Assembly (NCBI RefSeq): GCF_040938485.1
Contig: NW_027271551.1
Span: 620,001-684,000 of the forward strand
Direction of reading: 5' to 3'
DNA: 64,000 nt
Source: Diadema antillarum
Lineage: Eukaryota
Both the position numbers and the translations under genes were made by a program. Positions 15,550 to 27,209 of this stretch are shown one piece after another (position 1 is the first letter of the stretch; the number at the start of each line of letters is the position of its first letter). Under the pieces are notes generated by a model. The model saw nothing but the letters and a program-made list of their open reading frames with translations, was not told the origin of the DNA and did not search any database.

Positions 15550-18500
15550 GGGGCTAATTTCAATTCATAAAGATCATATCACCGTAATGAGGCTATCTGA
15601 CAAGTTTCGTGAAAATCTGTCCTAGACTTTTCAAGAAGATACTGACAATGTAGAAAATCCCTCTCCTCCCCTCACCCCCTCCCCCGCGATCCGGACGGAA
15701 GTTTTTGTGGAAGTTTTTGTGATGTACAATTGTTGAATATGCAAAAACAGATTTACAGATCGAAAATTAGACTCTCAATGCTTTTAATTAGGCTAAAATA
15801 TCATCTTGAGCTTAATTTGCATAATTAATTGATTTGAATTAGAAATTGATTGTTTCAAAAAATCTTATGACACAATCTTTTGTAGATTATGACGTGGGTC
15901 TCACGCATGCGAAATTTCATCGCGATCGCACCACCAGTGGCCGAGATCTCATGGGGGGGGGGGGGGGGGGGGGGCGGTGTGAGCATAGCAAAAAAAAAAA
16001 ACATCCTAGCTCATTCTTATTTGGTTATATAATACAAGAAGAATTTCGATAATACCGTAGTTTGGGGACTTAATTGAGCCCCCCTCCCCTTTTTCGGGGG
16101 GGGGGGGGGGGGGGGTGGTGGCTACTATATAAACAAATTGAGATCCCATTGCCATAATCGTACTACCTGCCAATTTTGTTGAAAATCTGTCAAGGATTTT
16201 ATTAAGAAAATCTAAATGGTGGAAGTTCATGGGCAGTTTTGATATGGAGTTTATCTATTATCTTTATACACAATGTCGCTAAAGTAAATGATTTGCACAT
16301 TTCCCGGCGACGTTTTGCACATTTCCCGGCAAAATTGAACTTTTGCACATTTCCCGGCGTCATGTTTGCACATTTCCCGTTGATGAAATTTGCACATTTC
16401 CCGGCGAGACGTTTGCACATTTCCCGGCGTTTGCACATTTCCAGGCAAGATGTTTGCACATTTCCCGGCGTTTGCACATTTCCCGGCGAGACGTTTGCAC
16501 AATTCCCGGCGTTTGCACATTTCCCGGCGTTTGCACATTTCCCGGCTCCACACGGAGTCGAGTGTACTGTAGGTGTCAGGTATGGTAAGGATTTGCGCGC
16601 GAGAGTGGTTTCTACGCTAAGAAGTATGCAACACGGACGGAAGCTAGAAAACGACCGTGCCTATTTGATGTCAAGTTCATGCTATATTTGGTTTAGAAAT
16701 ACACATAAATTTATGTTTACAATATTAATTTTTCGTAAATTATATATATCTAAGCTTGAAAAATTTTGTTTCAAATTATAAAACCACAAACTTTCACATT
16801 ATATGATAAAATTGCAACTAATCATTTGAACACTTAAATTGGTTTTTAGAGGCACGGCTGTCAACTTGGTGAGTAGGGCATGCACTACGTAGCATCTTTT
16901 TGCCGGCTCTTTCACGATCGCTTGCAGGAATTATTTTTCAAAAATCGCGTACGGAGACAATTTTTGATGTCCAAGCGTATAAATTGGTGAAAGTTTATAT
17001 TTTTTACTCTTCTTAATTATCAGTACAGTGAAAATCTCAGGACTGCTTCCCTTTAACTACTGTTCACATTTTGTACATTTAACTATACTTAACATTGATT
17101 AAACTGAGTAACATTTTCACAGTGGTCGTTTCTCTCCCTAAGTCACATTTTAGAACTATTTTGAAGCACTAAAACTGGGGTTTTTCGTTTCATCTGCAAT
17201 TAGTAAATAATACCTTTAATGATACTGTTCAAAATTTGCTGTGTATCTGAAAGTTTACATTCCTCTGATCCACTTCATTCCTTGCCAGTGGATTAGTAGT
17301 CACAGCGACAATTCCTTGTAAACTTTAAAATTCTTTGATTCACAACATCCATAGAGACAAGGTATTTCTAAAACTTCAGGAAGAAGGCCCATCTCCATAT
17401 GACACCACAGAGAGGCTTGAAATGTCTGAACATCATCAGTACACTGATGGGGAACAAACAAGTGGAACAAGGAAGACTGATGTCCACCCTTCAAAATGAG
17501 GATTGTATAAGGCCAAGTAAAAAAAGAAAGTAGTTTCTCGTCCGGGTTTTTTGAGCAAGGCGATGAGGGAGGTCCTTACTATTTGATATCTTACTATTTT
17601 TTCCAGGATTGTCAAAATGAAAGTAATATGTGTTTCTCGTCCGGTAATTCTGAGAAAGGTAACGAGAGAGGGTTTTACTATTCCAATTTATGAAATGAAA
17701 TATCACTCTGGTAGCTGTGTTATGAGAGACCAGGTCCCAAGTGTATGTCTTGCCTGCACTCTGTGCATTTTCAAACAAATAGATATAATATGTACCATAC
17801 TTGAAATGAAACTTCATGCATGCAGAAATACATTTGCTTTTTCTTTCCAGATGTCAAGGGAAAATGACCATCTTAATACTGGTATTTAGTGTTGTAATGG
17901 CATTTCATATACCAATGTACTTGCAATTCTGATGTATTGTGCTATTACAGTAATTGAAACAGGTATAAAACATTCTATCAACAAATGTACGACTGAAATA
18001 AATTCCATGATATTCAAAACACTGCTTTATTTATCATTGGCGTTTGTGACTTTTTGTGTCCACACAGCTGGTATGTATCTGCATCTCTTCACAGCACAAT
18101 TGTAGCACATTCAACTGAAAACTGGCTGGTACAATTGCAGATGGATGTCAAAATGATACTGATATGGCATTATAGCATTAAGCATTTAAAGATGTTTCTC
18201 CATGTTCTAAAAAGACATTTGATAATCACTCATCATTTGGATGATGAATGATTGTATCACACTATACAGGTGATACAACTCACGGCCGCGTCCGCAGAAA
18301 TACGAGACAAACCAGAATCCGTGGAAAAGTTATTTATTTTGTAGATACACCCATTTAATAATTCTACATTTGCTGGAAAAGCGCATTCAATTTCTCTTCA
18401 AAATAGAACAATACATCGCCGTCAGATGCAACGTTGTAAGAGCAGAGTGTTTGGGCCTCTACACATTCGAATGTGTTCATGCGTGCGTGCAGACAGCTGA

Positions 18501-21500
18501 CAGATGGGGACCCTGTCGACAGCTACAGACACGCATACGCGGCCAGCACGGCCACTGCACTGGCACCGTACCTTCCGACACTGCACACACATGCACATAG
18601 TCACAATGACATGAAAATGTATACATACAAACTCGATACAATCCTCACAAGCATTTGTACAGTACAATTCATCCGCTTAAAATATGAGAAACGGGGAAAA
18701 ATACGAACAATGCGCGAAATATGCATGGAATATCAGCGATTGTTTGCAAAAAATGTTGCCGCTATCGCGTTCACGACGTACCGAGTGCCCTGTACATCAC
18801 AGCCCAGGCCCGCGCGCCCATCCAACTACAGTCCGACTGCTTTGTGGGTCATTCCTTCTTGCCGAGCTCGCAGTGTGAAATGCATGCGTTATTACATACG
18901 CACCACAGAAGCTACAGCTGTACTCCAGCTAAGTAGAGGACGCAAGCCGTAAATAGAAATGAGACATCACGATTGGTAGGTGAGTTGTCGATTTTTTTTT
19001 TCGGCGGCCGAAAAAATAGTCAATATCAAACAAGTCGATGCGGCAACTGAAAATCGATGCGGGCGGGGAGCGGGCTGGGACGAGAATTATGAATTTCTTG
19101 GTATTTTCAGCGCCATTTTGAAAATAGTAAATAGTAAAAAAATTGATGCGGCGGCCAAAATCGATGCGCGCGAGGACAAGAAACTGGTTTCTTTTTTTAC
19201 TTGGCCTAAACTGTACACTGACATGAGAGCAGTTACTACAGCAGCCACTGGAATATGATTAATCAGTGATGGCAAGCATTATAACCCATTCCCTACAGGA
19301 ACCTGGTGGTCTGTGTATTAAGTCTACGGTGCTTTCAGAATTTAGTATGGAACGGGTTCATTATTCATGCATCCATTCGATAACTGCAAACATGTTAATA
19401 CTGTAAAACATGATATTTTCATGGCATGAAATTTTCCTGAATTGAAGCCAACAGCCTTTTTCGCAAGTTGCCTCTAACATTCAACGCATATAGTGTAGAC
19501 AAGACCTTTCACATGCCTTTTAATTTCGCGAATCCTAGCTCTCACAAAATTTGCAAAATTAAAATGCATGCTAACATTCCTTGTTTTACAGTAAATGATG
19601 CCGCAGGTCATTTTTCGTTACTGCGATTCACCTGTTGTGATCCATTTGACGCATTTCACAGGATCTGTATGATACTGTAGTGTCGCAACATTCTCTCCAT
19701 TCTTTCCCCACAGTCGAACGCCGTTGTCATAGCAACCCGTAAGGATTCTAGGGAGATAAACAGTGCACACTCACCATAATACAAATACTAAGCTTTTATC
19801 ATCTTCATCTTCTTTTTCTGGAGTTCTATTGAAAGCAAAATTCATACAAAATGGATGAGTCAATTCATTTTGGAAAACTTTGGTCACAAGTGCTGTACAG
19901 ATTTTCATATTACCATCATTATCTAATGCTGGTTTATTGTTATGATGTGTATGTACAATGCTCAGAAACAACTTTGATGGTAATGCATAAAGTTATCAAA
20001 TGTCCATCTGTAATTATCAAAAATATGGATAGACTACATAACAGAGTAACTGTTGTTATTTCAAACATTACAATATGATACACTTTTTTTTTACATGTGC
20101 ACCTGTATGTCGACCATAGATGTGTATACTAAAATGTATTGGCATGTGATATGCAATGTAACTCAGGACTAAATATGTGACCCGCTACAACAAAAGGATC
20201 CTAAAGTCGTTGACGGCTGAGCCGAGAAAATCGAGTTTGAAGTCACATCATCAAAATTGGTCAAAACAATTGGATTTCTGTTTTTGGTATAATTTTGTAA
20301 TCTAATGTTTTATCTATCATCTGCTGAAATTTCGAAGCTTAAAGGGTGTGTACAGTTCTGGTCGAGGTAAAGATTTAGCTTTTAACGTTTTGTGAGATAT
20401 TCAGAAACCACTCTATGAGATGTCAAAGAGCATGTAGTTCTAAGGGGTATCAAAAGTTTATTCGATGAAAATCGGTTTTGAAATGGCTGAGATATCCAAA
20501 AACAAGGTGAAACAAAGAGATATTAATAAAGTTGGGGCATGTCGCCTTTTATTATTAGCACTTTTTTGGATATCTCAGCCATTTGAAAACCAATTTTCAT
20601 CAAATAAACGTTGAATCCTCCTTAAAATTACATGCTCTTTCATATTTCATAAGAGGCTTGTCATTATCTCACTTAGGAATGTTCAAAACATGAATCCCTA
20701 CCTCAAGCAGTACTGTACAGTCCCTTTAATGATCAAAGGAAAGGCGAGAAATCAGCGTTTTTCTGGACTACGATTTTCTGACTTTCAACGTAACAGAAAC
20801 GTGTCCGAAGATTTGTATTTTTAGCGCCGCAGCTAGACTCCACCCCTAGCAACGAGGGAGTGAAGTGATCTTATTGGTCAGTGCGTGGCATCCTGATAAC
20901 TGATTGGTCATGCGTAGACCGCTGGCGCTAAGCTTGAATGAACATCGCGGAGGTCGCTAGGAGCATGCCTTCTATTGTCCAGCGGTGAAAACTGTCTCGC
21001 CTCCTTTTGATCATGACAGCGTCAGAAGGAAAACTTTAAAGGCGTTTTTCTCCAAACTCTAATTTCCTCAACCACTTGACATGCGCTAATAAAATCATCA
21101 ATATCTCCGCAACCGAGTATTTTTATAAGCTGTGCTATATATGAAATTAAAGTAGAAGAGTAAGGGAATAATGTCATGCCATTTTCAGAAAATTGTCCTC
21201 CCCCGACTTTCAGATCCTTTTGTTGTAGCGGGTCACATATATCTTTAACACTTTTGTATACTGATAGTGCAATCAAATCATCCGGCTGGTTGAATGGTCT
21301 CTCTGTTACATTGTTCAACCTTCCGAAGTGTCGTTATTGTATAAACAATTTGAAAACCCACAACAGGTGAAATTGACCACTGACCTTCAATTGTATTAAA
21401 TTAAGAATAGTGTGATTAAAACTTAATAGGTCTATATATCTGGACAGGGTTCAAATTCAGATGTACGCCAGAAACTCCAATGAATTCATTGCACGTTCTC

Positions 21501-24500
21501 CACACAGATGCTAATAACCAGTGAAATGCCAACATGCAGATCTCCTCCCCTCCCCCCCCCCCCCCCCATCCATTTAGGTTGGAATTTTGAATACGAATAC
21601 CAGGATACTTAACTACACGTACCTACGTGTATGTAATTTTCCCAGCTACCTACATAGGAAGGCATGACTGTAAGCTAAGTATGTAATCCCAACCTCAACC
21701 ATACATGCTGATGTGTACAATTTTTCTTTTTTCCCTGAGCTGTTACAACCTGGAACCTCTTGTAATGTTGGGTCACACATGCTCCAAGCAAAGAGGCATG
21801 TGTTTTTACTTGCACCATGCACGGTCACTTTAACCCATTGAGGACGAATCCCGAGTATACTGTATACGCTATATATTTCGCGGGGGTTTTATTTTCGCGA
21901 ATTTCGCGAGTTGGGAGCTATTCGCGAAATTAACAACACGCGAAAATATTACCTTCCAAAATGAATCCCTTGCCTTGATGATACGAACATTTCAGTACTA
22001 GAATACCATGTCACGGCTTACCGAACAGACCATACTGGCTAAGCTTGTTTACGCACGTCCACGTCTACTTACGAATACTGTAGAGAGCCAATCCATTATC
22101 GCAAGGGGACCACTCATCAGAAATCCAGCGCGATGGACTTAACCACTTCAAAAATGTTGAATTATAACTTACTAGTTCGCAGAGTTTGGCAAGTCTTTTT
22201 CATGCAGTGTATAACTAGTATCATTCTTATATGCTAGTACAAATGTAAGTTGAAAATTCACACTTTCTTTGCCACTTCATATTTTCTCTGGTCCCCCAAT
22301 TGCGAATTTAACCACTCGCGAAAATGTGTGACATCGGCAATTCGCGAAAATTTATGTACGCGAAAATTATAGCGTATACAGTACTCGGGCAGGGGTCTAT
22401 GGGAAATGCGTGTTGTAGCTAAATCAGTCCATCTTTAACGGGTTAATTGTACATTAGTGACATTTAAAATCATCCTGCTCACCATGTCACCTCTCACTGA
22501 CGCACAACACTTCTGTCATCCCGAGATAGTTCCAAGGAGCTGCTGAAAGGGGTTAATGCTTCAAAGTTCAAGGTTCAAGACATGGGCCTTGTGACGGATA
22601 AGAGGATGTACACTGCACAATTTATACTAACCTGTCATTCCATCCATGAATAGCACTAACCCAATCGTCATGAAGAATGCTCCCCACTGGTTCAGGGGCA
22701 GCCTGCTTCACAACATACTCCACCTCAACAACTGTTTCGGTAGAGATGCCGCTAGCCTCGAGGTGACTGGCCAGGGGCAGTCGAAGGAACTCTCCATCGA
22801 TGAGGAAGTCAAAATCCACATTCTGAATGTCTGCCTCTGCCTTATCTGTCCATCAGTGAGACAAAAAGGACAATGCAATGACCTAAAGTTTGTAGCATGT
22901 ACAGCTGTATCTGTTTACAGAGTGCTTCAGAATACTGTAAAATGAGGAATGTTTGTGTGCAATTCAATTTCGCGAGAGCCAAGATTCGTAAAATTAAAAT
23001 GAACATGAAAGTTCTTGCCTACACCATACACATAGAATGTTACAGGCAACTCGTGAAAATTTTATGCTGCAAAAAACAGCCATCGACTCCAAATCGCAAA
23101 AATTTCATGCCGCAAAAATATTGTGTTTTACAGTAAATCATAAAACATCATGGAGATCTACAATGTATGACACAATGGCATATGACAGAAGCAAATGATT
23201 TGAGCTTGAGAATATGCAATTTTATATCATCATCTTCAACAGATAATGAAATTGGTCCATACAATTGTAGGTACCTGTGTCGGTTCACTGTACATCACCT
23301 AATGCCCAAATTCGCATGTAAATACACACTCATACATTTTGGAGATGAAACCTAGGGATACTTATCTGGTAGTACTAGGATTAGACAGTTATACACATTC
23401 AAAAATGGAAAATATCGTTATATTGGGATATCTATCTGTTAGTACTAGGATTAGACAGTTAAACAAAAGTATCATTTAAATTGCATAAATCTATGGGGAA
23501 AAAAAGGAATAAAAAAAGTTTAAAACCCCAAATAACATTCAACATTCTATAGGAATATGAATTTTACCTTCATTTAGGAGCTTGTTGATGAGTGAACTGA
23601 GTTCTGGGACACCCACATTCGCCGGCACAGAAAATGGGGTATCAGAAACACGGTATCTGCAGCAGGATCAAGAATGTTACAGGCAAGGATAAGATACAGA
23701 ATCATTAGACACTGCAATAATGACCATGTTTAAACAATGAAGGACTGCTCTACATGTATCTGAGATGAAAGTTCTTTGCCATTATAATCTTATCGACTGA
23801 TCTGCACTTAAAATGCAATGCATATTTGTTATGACCTGTGTGGACTTGAAAATGTCAGTCTTCCATTGAAACTGAATTGCAATTTATATAAGAAACTAAA
23901 TTTAGAAATGTTGTTTATGTGTTGTAAGGGTGTGGAATTTTTTTTTCTGTCTTTCTTTGGTTCCCAGAGGTACAAATTAGGTTAAAGGTTCTACAGCAAG
24001 AAAATTTGTGTAAACTAAGACAAGGTGATATCCCACATCGTGAACTACCATGCACTGGGCAGCAGGCAAGCTTCTCTTGCTATTTGTGTTCCTAACAGTT
24101 GCTGAAAAGCAGTTGCTGCACAGGCTTTGACGATAAGCATGATAAGTACGTCCATACATTGTATGTTGTCCATGGAAATAGAAACATAGAATACTAATAG
24201 TAATAGGCGGTATTTTGTAGACTATAAGTGACAATTCAACATGTGATAAGGTCATTGCTGCTCACCTCACACAGCGATTTTGACACATCAAACACAGTGC
24301 GATATCATGTACCTTTGCTCCCTACTGCAGAACCAGAATTATCAAGCTACATTTACGATGTTGCATCACAGAAAATTGCCATGATCATGGCGCAAAATTT
24401 GAGGACGTCTGCTACGAGTATAAATTACAAATATTTTGTAGAACACGGTCTAGCTGGAATACAAAAAAAAAAAAATGCTGGAAATCTAACGAACGATAGT

Positions 24501-26847
24501 TGTGAAAATGTCTTTTGTTGTTGTTGTTGTTGTTTATTTTAACTCTAACGTTAAGTGTCACTTTAGTTTAGTCCATAGAGATGTATACTAATAATATACT
24601 AGAGCGCGGACTGCGTGTGGCGCGTACGCAGTGCTCGTGTGCTGAGATGAAGAGGCCGCGCGCCATCTTTGTCCGGGCAAAAACAAGCATCGGTCCGGGC
24701 AGCGCAGTAGTGGTGGACACGTGAACACGTATACAACAAGCGCTCAAACACGTATTGCCTTTCAGCAAAAAGATGAGGGGGTCGGAGATGAGAGCCTCGG
24801 AAGGAAACAACTCAAAAATTAAGTTGCTAGCAATCTCTTATTATGAGTGGTAAAGAAAATGAAAAAAAAAATCACTTTATTCTCAACAAGGTAATACTTT
24901 CAAGCCGACCAACACGACCATGGTCCATGCAATACAAAGGGTTCTCTTGGTCTCTAGACTGCCGGATGCCCCTTGTGATACAGTATACTGCGTCAATTTT
25001 TGTATTTTTTTTTTGCAGTTATATTTTTTTTTTTTTCTGTATGAGGGGACTGCATTCTATAGTCCTATCTGTGTATACGAGTGTTTCATTGTATTTCTTT
25101 TTTTTTTTCTGGTGGTGGTGGAAATGAAATAAATCATTTTTATAAGTACGTGTAGGCATATTGGTTCCATGACATATTGATGTTCAAGCTCGAAATGCTA
25201 ATATTGAAGCTTACATAAACCCTAACCCAAATCATAACACCCACGGTGACCCTAATCCTAATCCTCACCCTGCCTTTCTTACAAGAACCAAAAGCCCAAT
25301 CAGACCCATGATGGTAATTCTACTTTCAGAAAGATATCAATGCCGGAGCATATGTCCTGTCAGCAGGCATATATTACGTATTCTGAGCTTTTCTCACACT
25401 ATCTTAGTGAAATTAACTGCTGGTATAGCAAAGGGTGGAGGAACGATTTTTTTTTTTTTTTTTTTTTTGGGGGGGGGGGGGGGACTCAGTGGCCAAATAG
25501 GGCACTTAGAAATGAGCACTTTTTTAACTTAAAAAGGGGAGTTTTTTTTTTTGTGAAATGGGGCAAATGCCCCCTCCCCCGTTCCGCCGACCTTGCATAT
25601 AGTTATGTACTGTATTAGCTATCTATATTATAGTAGCAATAGATCGAGAATAGCTGAGGGAGGGCGGAGTGCCCCTGACGAATTTTGCAAGACCTTTTCT
25701 TTTCTTTTTCCTTCTTTTTTTTGTCTTGAATCAATCTGTTTAACACACACTATAAATGTAATTTTAGTTACTTGTGAAAGTAATCTCCGCTCCCCTTCTT
25801 TTCTCCTGTTTCTATATCCAAAAGCAGCACATGAACCAGGCATTTTGCAACATAGATCTATGCTACTTGAAGTAGAATTTGCGAATTTAAGAACATTTTT
25901 CGATTTCCAAACTCCGATGGAGACCTTGGCATAGATGCCAGCCTACTGCCGTTGCATCCCGTCGTCGATCTCCCTGCATGCTCCGTAGCACTACACGTTA
26001 TCGGTACGGTCGCTAGTCGAAATTTGCCCGGACCAAAATGGCGAACGCCTCCTTCTATCGGTCACAGGGATTTTACGGAGTCCGCCCTCTAGTGTTCTTA
26101 GTATACATCTCTATGGTTTAGTCTATAGAGGAGAGCCGTAGAAGAAGAAAAAAAATCCCTCGGACAGACCGATTTTTCTATCTAACACTAACAGTTACAA
26201 TGTATATACTTAGGTCGGTGAGCATGTGATAAGGTTACATAGTTTATAGCCCGGAGCGTCCCGGGGTTACCCCATACACATACCCTATGCGTATGGATCA
26301 CAGTAGGGTGTAGAGTTCTGTCGACTGTGGTATGGATGGGGCTGCTGGTCGCAGTTAGTGATAACTGATAGTGATAAGGTGTGATTTAGACAGAAAGATC
26401 CGTCTGTCCGGAGGAGTCTTTTAATTCGGATTATTATTTTTTTTTTTTTTTGACGTTATCGCTCTCCTCTGGAGGAGGAGGGATCCGTCAAGCTAGACGC
26501 AGTCTCTGCGGAACTTTTCCCCGACGACCAGATACAGACCGATCTTTCGGTCAAAGTGTGATTGGATTTGGAGACGCAAGACGATTTATAAATAGCAGTG
26601 CAGTGAAAACAGCACATGTTGCTCCGCGTGGGACCACGCTGACGTCTGAAGAGGGCATTCTTCTTGACAGAAATTATCAAAGCATATCTAGAAAGAATTA
26701 ATGATGAGATGATCATTTTTATAATAAAACTCCTAAGATCTACGATCGTAACTAGAAAGTGTAATGCACCATAACTTACCGTTCCTGTTTCGTGAAGAAT
26801 CGAGTTTGTTGATACGCTCCCACGTTGTCTTCACTGTGTGACGCCAT
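858..26847 (-). CDS. WDR12: Ribosome biogenesis protein WDR12/Ytm1 (NLE/UBL domain + WD40); 11 coding exons in window, final exon beyond the left edge
   Basis: Exons 26780-26847, 23568-23656, 22632-22845, 19632-19747, 8269-8423, 7054-7099, 6466-6554, 4991-5131, 3050-3155, 1662-1794, 858-930. All introns are GT-AG with compatible phases (1230 nt, 410 codons). Translation includes [110 protein letters not shown] and LAVDWS, matching WDR12 along its length. Confidence 0.96.
1845..2532. mobile_element. Non-autonomous DNA transposon with GTGACC..GGTCAC ends and 4-bp AWWT TSD (Sola-like)
   Basis: ~35-bp TIR gtgaccgtgcatcacaaaacgaacaaaaagtcgc / gcgactttttgtttgttttgtggtgcagggtcac; ATTT duplicated on both sides. 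Confidence 0.7.
4641..4892. mobile_element. Palindromic MITE flanked by TTAA
   Basis: accatgggcaaagactgtagttttgtatggggcgc is mirrored by gcgccccatacaaaactatggtctttgtccatggt; TTAA on both sides. Confidence 0.7.
5935..6019. mobile_element. 85-bp piggyBac-like mini element
   Basis: TTAA-CCCGTTGAAGAC...GTCCTCAACAGG-TTAA; second copy at 21834-22442, interrupted by another insertion. Confidence 0.65.
6024..6447. mobile_element. Kolobok-like MITE family A, copy 1
   Basis: TTAA TSD; TIR AGGCACATGGTCCC / GGGTCTATGCGCCT; close second copy at 34971-35394. Confidence 0.8.
9325..9570 (+). pseudogene. Decayed THAP zinc-finger domain of a transposase
   Basis: Reads [38 protein letters not shown], then shifts frame to [29 protein letters not shown]. 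This follows the THAP pattern (F.FP....W....LC..HF...LKPDAVPT) with one stop and one frameshift. Confidence 0.7.
10747..10960 (+). repeat. Tandem GCCGGGAAATGTGCAAAC array, left arm
   Basis: 10 copies of the GGAAATGTGCAAA core with 0-16 nt linkers. Confidence 0.95.
11072..12447 (+). mobile_element. Helentron-associated non-autonomous element (HINE/DINE-like)
   Basis: 5' subterminal ATGCCTCCGCC with a nearby inverted partner CGGAGGCAT, then a GTCC/GTAC microsatellite and internal AGGTCAAAGGTCA-rich repeats. The 3' end has GGCGGAGGCAT, the hairpin GTCGC-CATA-GCGAC and a T-run. Inserted in a T-run with no TSD. Confidence 0.75.
12450..13480 (+). repeat. Three ~330-bp tandem units (inner left arm of the foldback)
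   Basis: Recurrent blocks GATTTTCACC...GTCAAAATGAGCCCCC...GAGCTAAGTTAGTGCTATGAAGACA...TTGATTATGGCGGA. Reverse-complement copies occur at ~14270-16200. Confidence 0.85.
14369..14696. mobile_element. MITE built of TTATTCCGAA / TTCGGAATAA motifs
   Basis: GGTTACAGCTCGTTATTCCGAAGG..CCTTCGGAATAACGAACAGCACC with an internal ~46-bp tandem duplication; a related copy lies in opposite orientation at 63253-63479. Confidence 0.7.
16291..16546 (-). repeat. Inverted copy of the 18-bp array, right arm
   Basis: 12 copies of the TTTGCACATTTCCCGGC core. Confidence 0.95.
17511..19206. mobile_element. Zator/Harbinger-like non-autonomous element with TAA TSD
   Basis: 19-bp TIR GGCCAAGTAAAAAAAGAAA at both ends; TAA at 17508-17510 and 19207-19209. 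Confidence 0.75.
19401..19591. mobile_element. Tc1/pogo-like MITE (TA-CTGTAAAA..TTTTACAG-TA)
   Basis: TA TSD and short TIR; related copy at 22935-23133 and a partial copy near 4300-4403. Confidence 0.65.
20177..21236. mobile_element. Sola-like non-autonomous element with ATAT TSD, carrying a nested Kolobok-like MITE
   Basis: TIR GTGACCCGCTACAACAAAAGGATC / GATCCTTTTGTTGTAGCGGGTCAC; ATAT on both sides. Confidence 0.75.
20343..20725. mobile_element. Kolobok-like MITE family B, copy 1
   Basis: TTAA-AGGGTGTGTACAG...CTGTACAGTCCCT-TTAA; second copy at 56451-56800. Confidence 0.8.
21860..22381. mobile_element. Tc1/pogo-like MITE inserted in the piggyBac-like mini element
   Basis: TA TSD; TIR CTGTATACGCTATA / TATAGCGTATACAG. 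Removing it restores the GAGTATACTCGGG core, which aligns with the 5935-6019 copy. Confidence 0.75.
22935..23133. mobile_element. Tc1/pogo-like MITE
   Basis: TA-CTGTAAAA...TTTTACAG-TA. Confidence 0.6.
24573..26116. mobile_element. Unclassified non-autonomous DNA transposon with 6-bp TSD
   Basis: Perfect 19-bp TIR CCATAGAGATGTATACTAA; TTTAGT at 24567-24572 and 26117-26122. Confidence 0.8.
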
Positions 26848-27209
26848 GTTTTTTTATGTTGTTGTTTTGTTTTGTTTTTTGTTCAGTGAGAATCGTAGTG
26901 GCGTACGCGTGCGCGTTTTCTGTTTTCATCTCCGAGCAGCGAGAATAATTTACGTCATCCACGGTCATCCGTCAGTTTTCATTCGTTCTGCGGAACGATT
27001 CTTTTCTTCAAATGTAAGCTTTTTGTTTGTTTGGTTTTTTTTTTTTTGTTACGCGTATTTGAAAGCAGTGCTGTATTCGCTTTACGAATAAAATAACTAA
27101 GAATTCTCACTTCACAATTAAGGTTAGGAGTTCATTTTAGTATTGATCTTTCAGTCCTTCTATTGCCTGATTTTTTTTCTCTCATTTACTAGTATACACA
27201 TTAGGATAG

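Larger units (their letters stand above)
10741..16552. mobile_element. Foldback element with TGT..ACA termini and 5-bp TSD (Ginger-like), no visible transposase
   Basis: CGGAG at 10736-10740 and 16553-16557; termini TGTGGAGCCGGGAAATG / CATTTCCCGGCTCCACA. The outer arms are tandem ~18-bp units (10 left, 12 right); the inner arms are ~330-bp repeats in opposite orientations. Confidence 0.8.
8692..17052 (+). mobile_element. Kolobok-like DNA transposon (decayed THAP remnant) hosting nested insertions
   Basis: TTAA at 8688-8691 and 17053-17056; TIR AGGGACACAGTCCT vs AGGGAAGCAGTCCT (12/14); AG..CT termini; THAP remnant at ~9325-9570. Confidence 0.7.

Noticed and set aside
17370-17450. Possible box C/D snoRNA (TGATGA..CTGA on the minus strand) in a WDR12 intron
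   Set aside because: The C box is imperfect, there is no terminal stem, and I recognise no rRNA-complementary guide.
18473-18952. 159-aa ORF
   Set aside because: It lies inside the Zator-like non-autonomous element, has no transposase or other recognisable motif, and overlapping frames are equally open.
21022-21318. 98-aa ORF on the WDR12 strand
   Set aside because: It spans the TIR of the Sola-like element and flanking intron, and WDR12 is colinear without it.
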